DNA of 64,000 bases from Azolla caroliniana (GCA_043228905.1 JBHGNT010000002.1:25172001-25236000); one strand, 5' to 3'. Counted from the first letter of the stretch, positions 1 to 11,912 are shown. Notes: generated by a model not told the origin, from the letters alone. Numbers and translations: made by a program.

Positions 1-144
1 TACTCACTAGTAAAGTTGAGTGCCTACAGTGAGTATGTGTGTGCCACAATATTACAAGTTTGGATTTGACAAATTGATCTTATTGCAACTGCATTTCCAC
101 AAACTTTGTGCTACTAACTTTGAGTTGATGGTGTGACTTTCCAG

Positions 145-3100
145 TTTTGATGATTTTCTTATGGACTTGAAACAAAGTAAAAGAAAAACAATTCGACAAG
201 AACGCAAAAAGGTGATAATCTTGTATGTTTGGGGTTTTAATTGCGACTTCTGAATATTTATTGACATCGGACGTTTTAGAATTCTAATCCTGGAAATATT
301 TTCAAGGTGCAAGCCCAAGGTATAAGTTTCAAGCGATTGCGTGGAGCTGAAATAATGGTATGTTTTAGGATCAACATTGCTCTCATGTAGTTTGTTATTG
401 TTTCAAAGTATGACTGTGAAGTTTGCTTGTGTTTTCTTTAAAGCAAAATCAGGAATTTCGCTGAAGTAAGCCTCTTCGCATATGAAATAGAAAACGAAAC
501 TGACTTCCCCAAATTACATATCTATGCCAAATGTGCTGTAATCTCATACATAGTCACAATTGAGGCTGAACACAAGCTCAAAGTTAACTAAATTTTATTC
601 CTACAATTGTTGAAGCAAGAGATGCGGATTTAGAAGAGACACATACCATGTCTTTAAATTTGTTAGAAAAACCGTGTTCTACAACTTGTTCAGGGTTTAG
701 AAGTAGATATTATGAGAACCAAACGTTTATATCTATAAATTTGGTGGATCTCCGTCCACAAGTAGTGTGAGGGCTTAGAGGAGACGTTGCAAGGACCGAA
801 GTATTAGAAATTGGATCCAGATGGATTTGATGTATTTGGATAAAACTAATCTTTTTTCAGCCTTAGTATAGTTTTGAACTTATGATTGTTTACATCTGGT
901 ATATCATCTCTGAAGTCATCAATAATTCATTGGAAGAGCTCCTTCCCGCGTGTTCCATTGAGAAATTTCACGAAGGTGGCAGAAAGGTGCAGACAATAAT
1001 GTGTTGAGAATAGTTTGTGTTGAATTAGAGAAGTTTGTGTTTTTTTAGAAACTTTAGGCGTTAATCATGATGATGTTAGGCTGGTGGGATCCACATATGC
1101 TACTAATAAAGGTTGGGAACTGGGCCATACATCGTAACTTTTAACTGATTGTATGAGATTCTACCAAGATTGCTATATCTATTTCAAAAATGTGAAGTAT
1201 TTAAATACTTGAGAAGCGGTTTTTGGTTGTCTACACATGTGTTGTGTATGTCCCATTTCATTAGCTTATGCATGGTAATTAAAAGATAACTAACAGCTTT
1301 GAGACGTTATTTTTGTAGCTGTGGAAACCCATGTTTCAGGAACCGCGTGGTGGCTCTAGATAATAAATAGCATCTGGATTGTGTAGTGATGTTGCAGTCT
1401 CAGTTTTTTATGCAATTTTAAACATTTCCTGATTATCTGGATTTGTCACATGATTTAGTCCGTTTTCAATTTTATTGGGAGCTCTATGAAGTTGGCTTTA
1501 GCGATTTGGTGTAAAATTGTAAAGATGCATGTCATAGATAATGTTGATCATGGACCACTTGTCTATGGCCTAGAGGAGGCAGGATCTGTTGTATTTCTTT
1601 CTGAATGAAAATTGATTACAGGCACATCATTGGGATTCATTTTACAACTTCTATCGGAATACAACTGATAACAAGTATGTCATTTGCCTCCTTGAAAATG
1701 TTTTGAGGTCAAAATAACCACAATGATTTATGTTCATAGTTGCATGAAATGGTTGTTTCCTGCTTGGGAAGTGATCTGGTTGTTTCATGCAGCCAATTAT
1801 TTTTTAAAATCTGCCTTAAAACTAAAATTTTCGTGGGATGAAAGTTTCTTTTTACTTGTTTTATCATGCTGTTTCAGGGAATATATATATTTATATATGT
1901 ATGTATGTATGTATGTGTGTGTGTGTGTATGTGTGTGTGTATGTATGTATGCATCTGTATCTGTATATATGTGTGTGTGTGGTATGTATGTATGTATGTA
2001 TGTATGTATATATGTATAAACACACATTTATTTATCTATTTGACAGTGTCCAAATGGAATTAAAGTGCATGTGGTTCATGCATGTATATTGCATAGATAG
2101 CTCATGGTTATATATTTTTCAATACTAGATAAAATAATAATAATTTGGTGCTTCCATTTTGTTGGCAGTTTTGGAAACATACAGAGGCGTTTCTGCCATG
2201 CATATAAATCTTAGAATAAAAGTCTGTTGTTTTTTGTTTTGTCTCCGCTTCGGGAAACTTACAACCACAATTCTTCCACAGTTTGAGTTTGTATTTAGTA
2301 TCACTAAACATGTCACCAGTAACTTTACTCTCATGTGGATATTTCAACCAAAATCTTATATTACTCTTGAATTCCACAGCATTAGAGGTTGAGCATAACT
2401 TAATTTAGAGTAACTATCTAGTGTTTAACTAGGTTAAACCAAACCTAGTTAAGGCAGGTACTGGGGTTAGAGCATTTGCGGTTATATAAGAAACTCATTG
2501 GGTCAGTAATGATTCCTTGTGTTCTCATGCTTCATTGTCCAGCTGTACGGTTTGGCTGATCAAGCCTAATGTTCTTATCAGCCTCTTTACCTTCAACGGA
2601 AGCTAAAACATTCCTCATTTTATGTTTTTACAAACTCGTAATTTTTTCTTTGGCTGTTGAGATTCACATTCAGAGTTTAATATGTCCTTTTTGTCTTTTA
2701 TGAGGCACCTCTCCTCATTGCTATGCCATTTCATGAACGATGCATTTCTTCTTTTGTGTTGGGGCTGTACCCTACCGGCAAGCCATGTTTTTTTATTTAT
2801 CCCTGCATCAGGGTTCAATGTCATCTGGTCCACCAATATACTATATGAAATTGTGGAACGTGGCCTTCTCCATCTTACGACCTTGCCAACTTAGCTATAT
2901 TTCTCTGTCACGAGTGACAGTTTTTTTCTGTTTGGTTCAAAATGTAGTTTTTCTTTGTCTGAATAGGAGCTTGGTTGTTGCCAGTTGGAAGTGGTAACTC
3001 CCAATCGATGGCTTACAGTTCAATGTTTTGAACCACAAGGTCATTAACCTCTCTTTGAGATCTGTAGTTTGATCAATGTTATTCTATGTTCTTTACAGAT

Positions 3101-3722
3101 GGGGTCAGGCATACTTGACGAGAGAGTTCTTCCACATGCTAGGTTCTCGAATGGGCGACCGTGTCTTACTCATCATGGCTGAGGAGCAAGATCAAGACAT
3201 TGCTGGAGCATTAAACTTAATAGGAGGGGATACACTTTTTGGTCGGTTATGGGGATGCCATCCAGATACATATTATCCAAATCTTCATTTTGAAACTTGC
3301 TATTATCAGGTCAATAGTGTAATAATTCAGTGCTCCCTAATTCATCGCCTCCAATTTGTAGCCATCCTTTAAAGTTACACTTTTGATCTAATGGTAGGCT
3401 ATTGATGCTGCCATTGAATGGAAATTGAAGAAAGTAGAAGCTGGTGCCCAAGGAGAACATAAAATTCAGCGAGGCTATATGCCTACTGCAACGTATAGCT
3501 CACATTACTTCACCAATAGCACGTTCAAAGAAGCTGTTAGAAATTTCCTGAAAGAAGAATCATCACAGGTAACAACAATCCACATTCAAAAGGAGATACA
3601 GCCAAATTTCTTTTCAGCATGTTTTAAAGGACCACTTTATGGAATTGCAGGTGAATTTTGCTATGGATATTCTCGCAGATTCTGGTCCCTTTAAGGAGCA
3701 GCAAGCCTCTCAACAAAGCTGA
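145..3722 (+). CDS. DUF482 / FemAB-like GNAT-family acyltransferase, 3' part (5' end outside window). Exons 145-211, 307-357, 1622-1674, 3099-3309, 3398-3568, 3651-3722
   Basis: AG/GT-bounded exons join in frame: FDDFLMDLKQSKRKTIRQERKK|VQAQGISFKRLRGAEIM|AHHWDSFYNFYRNTTDNK|WGQAYLTREFF...LFGRLWGC...LHFETCYYQ|AIDAAIEWKLKKVEAGAQGEHKIQRGY...|VNFAMDILADSGPFK...*. LxGRxWG, LHFExCYYQ and EAGAQGEHK are recognised DUF482 motifs. Confidence 0.9.
1881..2016. repeat. Compound (AT)n/(TATG)n/(TG)n microsatellite in intron
   Basis: Seen directly. It explains the spurious YVCM/THTH ORFs here. Confidence 0.95.
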
Positions 3723-4922
3723 CATTGTTTGAAGAAAATGTACATAAATTTAATTCTCTAAAAGGGGAAACCGATTCATAGTACAGATTAGATATTGAAG
3801 GACAAAGACTGTGATGTTTAAAATCCAGTGTACAATTTGGCAAGTTCTTCACATTGATATGTTCAAGATTGAGCAAATTTGATGCCTTGTAAATATACAC
3901 ATTTCACAATCTTGTTTAATTAAGCATTATATAATATCAAATTTTCATAAAGTTCATAGGATGGTTTATCACTGGACTAATCGCACCAAATGATCCTTGT
4001 TCACCTATTTTCTTCTTTATGTGGACGAGGATCTAATTGATCTAACATTTCTTACATCAATTAAACCTGTCATCCAAGATTGAAATGTAAAGCATCACAT
4101 AGGCTCGAATGATCTAAAATTGGTTGCTTTCATCCATATAGATCTGTCTTGATAGAATCCTAGTAGTTCACAACAACACGAATCCTCAGAAGGAAAGGTA
4201 CAATGTATTCCAATCATTGAGCTCTATCATGTACCGTAACATTATCCCAATCAGATATTGGCTTGCATCCAAACCTTTTCAAGGATTCATGGTATGGGAT
4301 AATTGGTGTTTTGTAGAAATCAATATTTTGCACATTAATATTCTAAAACTAGATACATATAAGTCTCTTACATGGCATTCTCGTGTCAACTTGTAAGTCT
4401 ATCCCTATATATAGCTATGCTTTATCACGTGTGTGGCCAAGATCAATATATAATCATTTGGAAATTTACCAAAATATCCCTATATGATTATTTGAATTCC
4501 TAGAATGTGCCCTAGATAAAAGATCAAGATTATTTATTATATTGCCCTTTTCTCTCTCTTATTTCTCACTATGTTTTCTTCCTTCTCCCTAATCTCTAGA
4601 AGTGAAAGGGGAAATAGATGCACTAGCCAAAGATCTAAATTTACGTATTTTGGAAAATGAGGAAGAACAGGAATTTCATAAGACAAATGAATAGACAATT
4701 GTGATCAATTGCCTCGGAAGGTTAAGTATGACTTGTGGGGCCAACAATGAGACATTTTCTCATAGCGTGTGTGAAATTGAGTAGTAACAACACTCCCATG
4801 TTCAACAATGCTACAAATAGAACGTTGCAATTGAGAAGTGAACATTGTGAAGGTGTGCAAGGATTGAACGGGATTGATGATGTGTGGAAAGCCGACATTA
4901 CGAAGGGGTTGGGTGGAGCGGG

Positions 4923-4950
<28 letters not shown>
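4923..4950. repeat. (GT)n microsatellite
   Basis: Seen directly. Confidence 0.95.
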
Positions 4951-4953
<3 letters not shown>

Positions 4954-5784
4954 GAGGCGAGACACTCAATCAATTAAACACACGGACTTAAATGAGGTAG
5001 ATATCGGCATAACCAAACATGAGTCTCGTCTTGCATGTGCCCAAAACAGAGCCAAACTTCGTGGTATTCAATCGCCCAACTCACTAGAGTCCGCCGACTT
5101 TCAGCTGCCCGACTTTGGAGAGGTCTGACCGACTAATCTGTAGAAAACTCTAAACTCGGGCGCCCGACCAAATCTAGTCGCCCACTGATACTACTTTTCA
5201 AATAAAACCATAAAACCTGTCATTTTTCATAATTTTGAAACGAGATTGTTAGGGTTTTCGGAGGCAAATAAATAAATAAATCAGCCAACCGTCGACGTGC
5301 ACTTGGAACAACAACCACCTGTTGCTTACTTCCGAGGTATGTATTTGATTTCTTTCTACTTTTTCTGCAAATTTTTAATATTGGAAATGATATATTTCGT
5401 GAGAATGGTGAAGAAACTATAAATATGGTTTTATGTGTGAAAATGGTATTGCAAAATCATACACGTGAAACCCTAGTGATATTTGGCATATTTTTGAAGA
5501 TATTTTAGCTCAAGTTTGAAAAGTAAATTGTAAGTAATCTTCTTCTTTATGTTGATGACATAATCTTCTTCTTTCAATCACACTCATGCTAGTGTACAAC
5601 ATCATTATATGTATGTCCTTGATGGTTTTTTGTTTGAAAAAGGAGGTATAATAAAGTGAACCTAGGAAAGATTATGCTATGATCTTTCAATAAACTTGTG
5701 TCATCTCGTTAACAAACTTGTAATTCACAGCCAGTGAAATTGAGTGAGTGTTCGATTTCATGTGGATATAATACAGATATCCAC

Positions 5785-5863
5785 CTCAGGTGCTAGATAA
5801 TATAGTGTTCCACAAAATGTCTTTCTCTTATTGAATGTGTGAATAGACCATCCTAAATCAGCA
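5785..5863 (-). pseudogene. Isolated Aurora-kinase exon fragment (activation loop region)
   Basis: Translates to [26 protein letters not shown], against plant Aurora [26 protein letters not shown]. Bounded by TTTCAG and GT on the minus strand. DFG has become DLG, and no other kinase exons were seen nearby. Confidence 0.8.
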
Positions 5864-6339
5864 CTGAAAGATATGTAGTGTACATAGAATATTGAAACTG
5901 AGGTAGATATCAAAGATATCACAAAAACATGTGCAATTATCTCCGACATCTATGTCTATACATATACATATACATATACATATGCATCTGTTATATTGAA
6001 AATATTATCATGAGACTTTGAAGTATCAAAATCAAACAGATGCAGCCACATGCAATGGAAATACATTATCTTCTTGATGTAAAATGAAAAACATAGGCTT
6101 GTGCATCAGATTCAACAAACTATTTTGAATATATTTTGAACACGTGTGTGGCTGCCGGATTTTTGATTATAGGTTTTGCTTGATTGTATAGATGGCTGCC
6201 AGGTCGAAATACTTCGAGTGGTTTGGTTGTGAGTGGGGTGACATACATCCTAATGAAGAGAGGTATGCCATGAATACTTTTTGACTGCGAGTGGGGTGAA
6301 ATAGTGATGCATGTATGCTAACCGATGCATTAGTTACAG

Positions 6340-8587
6340 GGCTTTTGCAAGAAAACACACTAGAACTTGTACATCTGGTAAGTTTGAGGGTGAACACAAC
6401 ATGGGCCAGCTAATGATGGATTCTGAGCTTCAGTTGGACGCCATATTGGAACATGCAACATCCGAGGAAGATGCTCCTCCAAAAGGTATGTTGACGTAGT
6501 TCATTGTAAAGCAACGATAGTTATGTAAATACTGCACGTATATTCTAATGCATATCCACAACAATAGATTTTCAGCTCCTAAACTCACTCTATAGGGGTG
6601 GCCAAGATTCACAAGGAAACAAATGTTGGTCATGTAATGTGCTTGAGTCTTGCCGGCAAGAGCAACTATGTTATTGAAAGAAAGTAGACATGGAAGCACA
6701 CTTACAAAAGATGCATGACATTGATGTTGTACTTCCAAGTAGCAATGGGCACGGTTCGGTTCGGTTTCAAGGAAAAGAAATTGAACCGAACTGAAACCGA
6801 ACCGTTTATTTAAAACAAAAACCAAACCAAACCGTTTATGAATTCTCAGTATTTAAACCAAACTATTTAAGAAAAAGTTGAAACCAAACCATTTAAAACC
6901 AAACCGTTCAGGGAAAAGTTGAAGCCAAATTGAACCATTTAATTAAAATTTTAAACCTAATCATTTAAGTCAAACTAATTAAACATCTAAATAAACAAAA
7001 ATACATTAAATTAAATAAGCATTTAAGTTAAATTTATTAAATCAATAAAAGAAACTTTAATTGAACCATTAAATTAAATAAACATTTAAGTGAAATTAAT
7101 TAAATCAATAAAAAACCATTAATTAAACCATGAAATCAATAAACTATTAAGGTAAACAAAAAGTTAACCAAAAACCTTTAAACCTATAAACCTGAGTTTT
7201 AGAACCGAACCGAACCGAAACCAAACAGTTTATCGAAAATCCAAACCATACAATTTTTTTGGAACCAATAAACCGTTAAACCATGGCTACAGTTCAGTTT
7301 GGTTTGAGCTGAAACGGTGCCCATTGCTACTTCCGAGAGGGCTAGGATAGAGGAGCAGGGTACTCTAGGGACATTCTTCAATAACTATGAGCGCCAAAGG
7401 TCGCTAAAGCGTTTCATGGACCCCAAGATAAAGTACCATCGAAATCGGAAATTACACATCCGGAAGTTGAAGATAAGGGTGATGTCAAAGTTCCAGTCCA
7501 CTCTTGTTGAACTACAAGGCGGTGCCGAATCAGATTTCGTGGCGAGATTTATTGCTAACGAGATGGCAATCTACGACTCAAGAAAGGAAGAGCGGATGGA
7601 GATGTTGAAGAATAAGATTGCAGCTGACTTCGATTCTTATGTAAGTATGAAACTTTTATATGCTTGTTTATATGTGACATAAAATGTTTGGCGGTAGTAC
7701 ATAAGATGTGTTTAATTCAAATCTTTGTAGTATAAGAAGGCTGGGATATCAACTGAAGATGGTGGTGTCTCAACCGATGGTGGCACATCCCATTACCCAT
7801 CCGATGAGACACCACCACCTAGATGGAGAAGGGCCAAAATACAAGTTAGATGGAAAGAGGTGGAACTGGTGACGTGTGAGGAGATAACTTCAGATTCTGA
7901 AGACTTAGCACCGGATGTGGCAACTGTGAACATTGGGTCAGGCAAAGCAATCAGATCATGGATCAAGACACCATACAAACAGTTTGCCAAGTATTTGCAG
8001 TGTGTTTTAAGTTTTGCAACTTCAACGGATGTGTGGCTCGATCCAACTTGCTTTTTTTATTAGAAACAGGTAACAGTTGGCATGCCAAAGGCTCGATCTC
8101 GCCATTTTCGTGGATGAGTCGGATCTTCGAACGATGTGCCAAGTGGGAGAAATGGTATCCACATGGACCATGAGCTTATTCACCATGTGGATGGAGTGCA
8201 CGCTGCCCCAAGATAGTCAATCCACATTGGGTGCAACTGCAGAAACAAACTTCCAAGGTGGAGAACATCCTTGGATGTGTGTCCGAGTGCGATTTCGTCT
8301 TCATACCGACATTGGTATCAGGCCATTGGGTGTTGTGGACAAAGATGCACCACAGTCCAACCGGTTTAGATGCTACTAAGATGACCAACACAGTAGTCTT
8401 CTGTGATCCACTCAATAACGAGGTGACTGGCACCTTAAAGAGTCTTGCGGATATTGCGATGGAGGGTTGATATCACGTATTGCACATCCCAACACAGCCA
8501 AATGGTTGGGATTGTGGTTATTATGTGCTGAACTATATACAGATGTTGGTAGAGGAGTTCATTCAGGGACTCACTTCGAGTGATTTT
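6340..8587 (+). pseudogene. Transposon-type Ulp1-like (peptidase C48, SUMO protease) multi-exon gene, disrupted
   Basis: Catalytic motifs in order: FVFIPTLVSGHWVLW (His), VFCDPL (Asp), then after an in-frame TGA at 8468-8470, YHVLHIPTQPNGWDCGYYVLNY (Gln/Cys). Frameshift near 8225 and a MITE insertion at 6740-7329. Splice signals at about 6340/6485, 7640/7731 and 8587. The 5' boundary is approximate. Confidence 0.75.
6740..7329. mobile_element. Non-autonomous hAT element (MITE), 590 bp
   Basis: Perfect 13-bp TIR TAGCAATGGGCAC (6740-6752) / GTGCCCATTGCTA (7317-7329). 8-bp TSD CTTCCAAG (6732-6739) / CTTCCGAG (7330-7337), one mismatch. Many subterminal AACCG/CGGTT repeats and an AT-rich core. 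Confidence 0.92.
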
Positions 8588-9398
8588 GTAAGTATCATTT
8601 AATTTGGATTTCAGCTTGGATTTTGGGAGTATCTTGGCCCTTATATGTATTGGATTGCAGGGCACAGAGAATTGGTTCGAACTCGAAGATGTGCAACTCC
8701 TTTGGATTAGTATGGCGAAGTGGGCACGAAGGGTTTTAGGTTTTCCATATTTGTGATCTGTCCCATTTTGTATGTTTTATATCTTCAATGTATTACCTTA
8801 GAAAGAATCATTTTGTATATTGGTTGCGAGCCATACATCGTATTCAAGTGTCCATTTTGTATGTTGGTTGCTAGTTGTACCTTGTATTCAGAATCGTTTT
8901 GTATATTGGTTGCCCCCCATACATTGTATATCAATTATACATATTAATGGAAACCTTTTTTATGATCGTTTCATATTCAATGTGTTTTATGATTGTATCA
9001 AATTTCTTTCAATGGCAAGATTGACCGATTCATTTATGATTGACACATCTTTGGTATATGATCGACACATATTCGAACAATCTTGGGCATATAGAATATT
9101 TGGTTTTCATCGTAACCAAAACCCTAGTAACATATTATTATTCCAATCTTCAGTATATTGCACATTTTGTTTATGACCGACACTATGATCGACACATCTT
9201 CGGACAATCTTTGGGTGATGATCGTAACCCATTCATCGTAACCCATTCTTTCAATCTTGAGATTTTTGCACATTGTCTTTATGATCGTAAAATCTTTGGA
9301 CATCCTCAGTTGCCCGACTCAATTAATTATTTGCCAAATTGTCAACCGCCAATCGCGTTGTCGTGAAGAAAACCGTCCCTTAGCGTAATCGGTGCATA

Positions 9399-9453
9399 GC
9401 GCGCGTGAACCGGCTCTTCACACGTGCGCGCCCTTTAATGTATATAATAGAGA
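9399..9453 (-). mobile_element. Helitron-like 5' terminus (TCTCTATTATATACATTAAAGGG...) with adjacent GC-rich imperfect hairpin
   Basis: The minus strand starts TC plus an AT-rich TATA run typical of plant Helitron 5' ends. No convincing CTRR plus hairpin 3' end was found, and the preceding base is T rather than A. Confidence 0.35.
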
Positions 9454-10267
9454 ATTAGGTACAAAGGTATATCCTAGGTAGTTAGATTTGGTAGGTAGGA
9501 AGTTAATGAGGGAAACGGCTCCCTTCTTGAAGCTATAAAAGAGAGGGAGACGCGGGGCATTTTTATTTGGGAGGAGGACGAAGTGCTGTCGGACCGAAAC
9601 CAAACGCTTCTCCTCTGTTCGTTCTCCATCGCTCTTCTCTGTAGGCTTTCGGGAGGCTCGCGCTGCTTCGAGGAACGCCCGTGTGCTTCCGGCAGCACCT
9701 CCATCCTATCCCCTTTCGTGCGCAGACGAGCAGGCATCGACATCTTTTCGCCGGCCTGTTCGTTTGTAACCGCTCGCGTGCTCTGTTGTTTATTTGTCAT
9801 TCATTAATATACAAACATTCGTGTCTCTCTGTCTCTGTGTCCATTCGTGTCTTCTGCGTTGACAAGGCCGTGTCCCTGTGTTTCTTTGCTCATACGTAAC
9901 CGAGCGTCTCTCTCTTTCTCTTTCCCCTTCTATCACCTGCTCTTTGGTGCAAGACCCCGGTGGTCCCGCCTCGTTTCTCCACGCACGCGCGTAGTAACGC
10001 GACAACGTGTAATGATCGTTTTCCAACAAACAAATCAACGGTTCAATTAACGAGCATAATAATCACTTTAATCAAAGATGAATCATTGCTTATCATTGAC
10101 ATCCTTTTTTATCTCTTAGTAATCACATTTTCAATACAGTATATTGACATTTTCAACACAGGCGCAATACATACATACATACATACATACGATGTAGTAG
10201 AAATCACATAGATACATACATATGTCATACATGCATACATACATACATACATACAATACATACATAT

Positions 10268-11021
10268 TGTGGTGTCCCTTGGGCATTGCGATTAGGAAGG
10301 TTTCGGCAAGTCTGCATCTGCATGTTTTGGACGTCAATGTCCATGGGGGTCGCTCCTTAGTACTGTGCACGCAAGTCGGTCGATGGTGGAGGGGGTCATT
10401 GTGGTTGGGAGTCAGATAGCGTACAAGCTTCGATGCGTTGGGCAATGAAGATCGCATCGTTGAAGGTCTTGGGACCTTGGGCCCGGGCACGACGAGTGAT
10501 GTCAAGGCGCAGACGGGGCGACGGGGCCATAAGAAGAAAAGCTTGACATGCTCGGGCATGGTTGGATCGGCACGAACGAGGAGCTGATTTAGGCGAACAC
10601 CAAATTGGCCTACTAGTTCGTGTGCTTGTTGTTGCAACGTCTCGAGTTGTTGCAATATCGTTTGGGCCGAATTTTGATGGGCGAAGTTTTGCACGAGGAG
10701 ATCCTGGAGGATCACCCAGTGCTCTATCACTTCGCTGGCTTGTTGTACGTACCAAGTGGCGGCGACATTTTCGAGCAAGGTGCGAACTTCCAAAGCCTTG
10801 CGCTCGTCAGACCATTTGTGGTAACTTGAGATCATCTCAAAGTGATCCAACCATGTTAAGACGTCCTTAGAGGGCAAGCCGGAGAAGGACTTTGGGCGAA
10901 CCTTGGAATCTGCCCGATCTGGAGACCGATTGTTGGTAGCAGAGAGGAAGGAGAGCATAGCTTGGTTCGTGTGGCTGATTTGAAGCATGACATTGGAGAG
11001 GACTTGTAGGAGTTGCTCCAT
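10268..11021 (-). pseudogene. Ty3/gypsy gag (retrotransposon capsid), frameshifted and truncated
   Basis: RPKSFSG...DVLTWLDHFE...WSDERK...LENVAATWY...W..L...L...F gag signature. Continues after a frameshift near 10520 as GPKTFNDAIFIAQRIE...TPMDID. Ends before the expected zinc knuckle. Confidence 0.85.
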
Positions 11022-11141
11022 TTGGAAGGGGGTGGCCGCTCAGGAGGTTGCGGGAACTTAGATTGCATAGGGGTATCGACTTCGACGGCGACAGGAGGGA
11101 ATTGGGACGCCATGAACGAGATTATAGTGGCTAAAATTTTA

Positions 11142-11157
11142 CTCCGCTTCTCCACCA
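11142..11157 (-). other. Primer-binding site TGGTGGAGAAGCGGAG (tRNA-Ala-like)
   Basis: Starts TGG 4 nt after the LTR CA end and is complementary to the ...TCTCCACCA 3' end typical of tRNA-Ala. Confidence 0.7.
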
Positions 11158-11161
11158 ATTA

Positions 11162-11418
11162 TGTGAAATGCACATAAATGGAATCCAAACCAGCTTGCTT
11201 AGCTTCTTACTTCCTATTCAATTTATAGTCGTACAAAGGTACCCATTTGGGTTGGCTTTACTTAGCTACAAGGGTATGCTAAAAGGGTGGCTCAACGGAA
11301 CACATGTACACCATAGCATGAAGGCATGCATGCTAAACAAGGGTATGCTAAAAGGGGCACAAAGGAACACATGCACACCCAACATGAAGGCATGCACTTG
11401 CATCCAAGGGACACCACA
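11162..11418 (-). mobile_element. 5' LTR (about 257 bp) of the gypsy fragment
   Basis: Minus strand reads TGTG...CACA, contains a TATA-like CTATAAAT and an internal ~70-bp duplication, and is immediately followed by the PBS and gag. Confidence 0.7.
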
Positions 11419-11465
11419 ATATGTATGTATGTATTGTAATTTGTATGCATGTATTATGTATGTAT

Positions 11466-11752
11466 GTATTGGGAATTTAGTGAAGATTTCTACTACCACT
11501 TTACTAAACTTGTATGTATTGTAATTCGTATGCATGTATGCATGCATGTATGTATTGGGAATTTAGTGAAGATTTCTACTACCACTTTACTAAACTTGTA
11601 TGTATTGTAATTTGTATGCATGTATGTATGTATGTATTGGGAATTTAGTGAAGATTTGTACTACCACTTTACTAAACTTGTATGTATTGTAATTTGTATG
11701 CATGTATGTATTGGGAATTTAGTGAAGATTTGTACTACCACTTTACTAAACT
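11466..11752. repeat. Minisatellite, about 4 units of 74-87 bp (GTATTGGGAATTTAGTGAAGATTT(C/G)TACTACCACTTTACTAAACTT plus a variable TATG tract)
   Basis: Units start at about 11466, 11553, 11634 and 11708. Confidence 0.9.
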
Positions 11753-11912
11753 TCACTTGCAAGCTACATCATGATTCATAGGTTATGTATGTATGCATAT
11801 CCAAAGACTGAATGAAGAGTAAAGAGAGGGCTGCTGCATTTCCCTGCTGAGAGTTGCAGAAGCACATTCAGAAGTAGAAAACAGACGAAGAAGGAGCCGA
11901 AGTAGAAGATTC

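Noticed and set aside
1723-2128. ORFs rich in YVCM/THTH (also at 4705-5128, 27465-27881 and 62342-63336)
   Set aside because: They are translations of microsatellites.
5082-5090. CACTA motif as a CACTA transposon end
   Set aside because: No matching inverted TAGTG terminus with a 3-bp TSD was found.
11466-11752. Repeat-spacer appearance like a CRISPR array (also 63005-63310)
   Set aside because: The spacers are microsatellite variants rather than unique sequence, the context is eukaryotic, and there are no cas genes.
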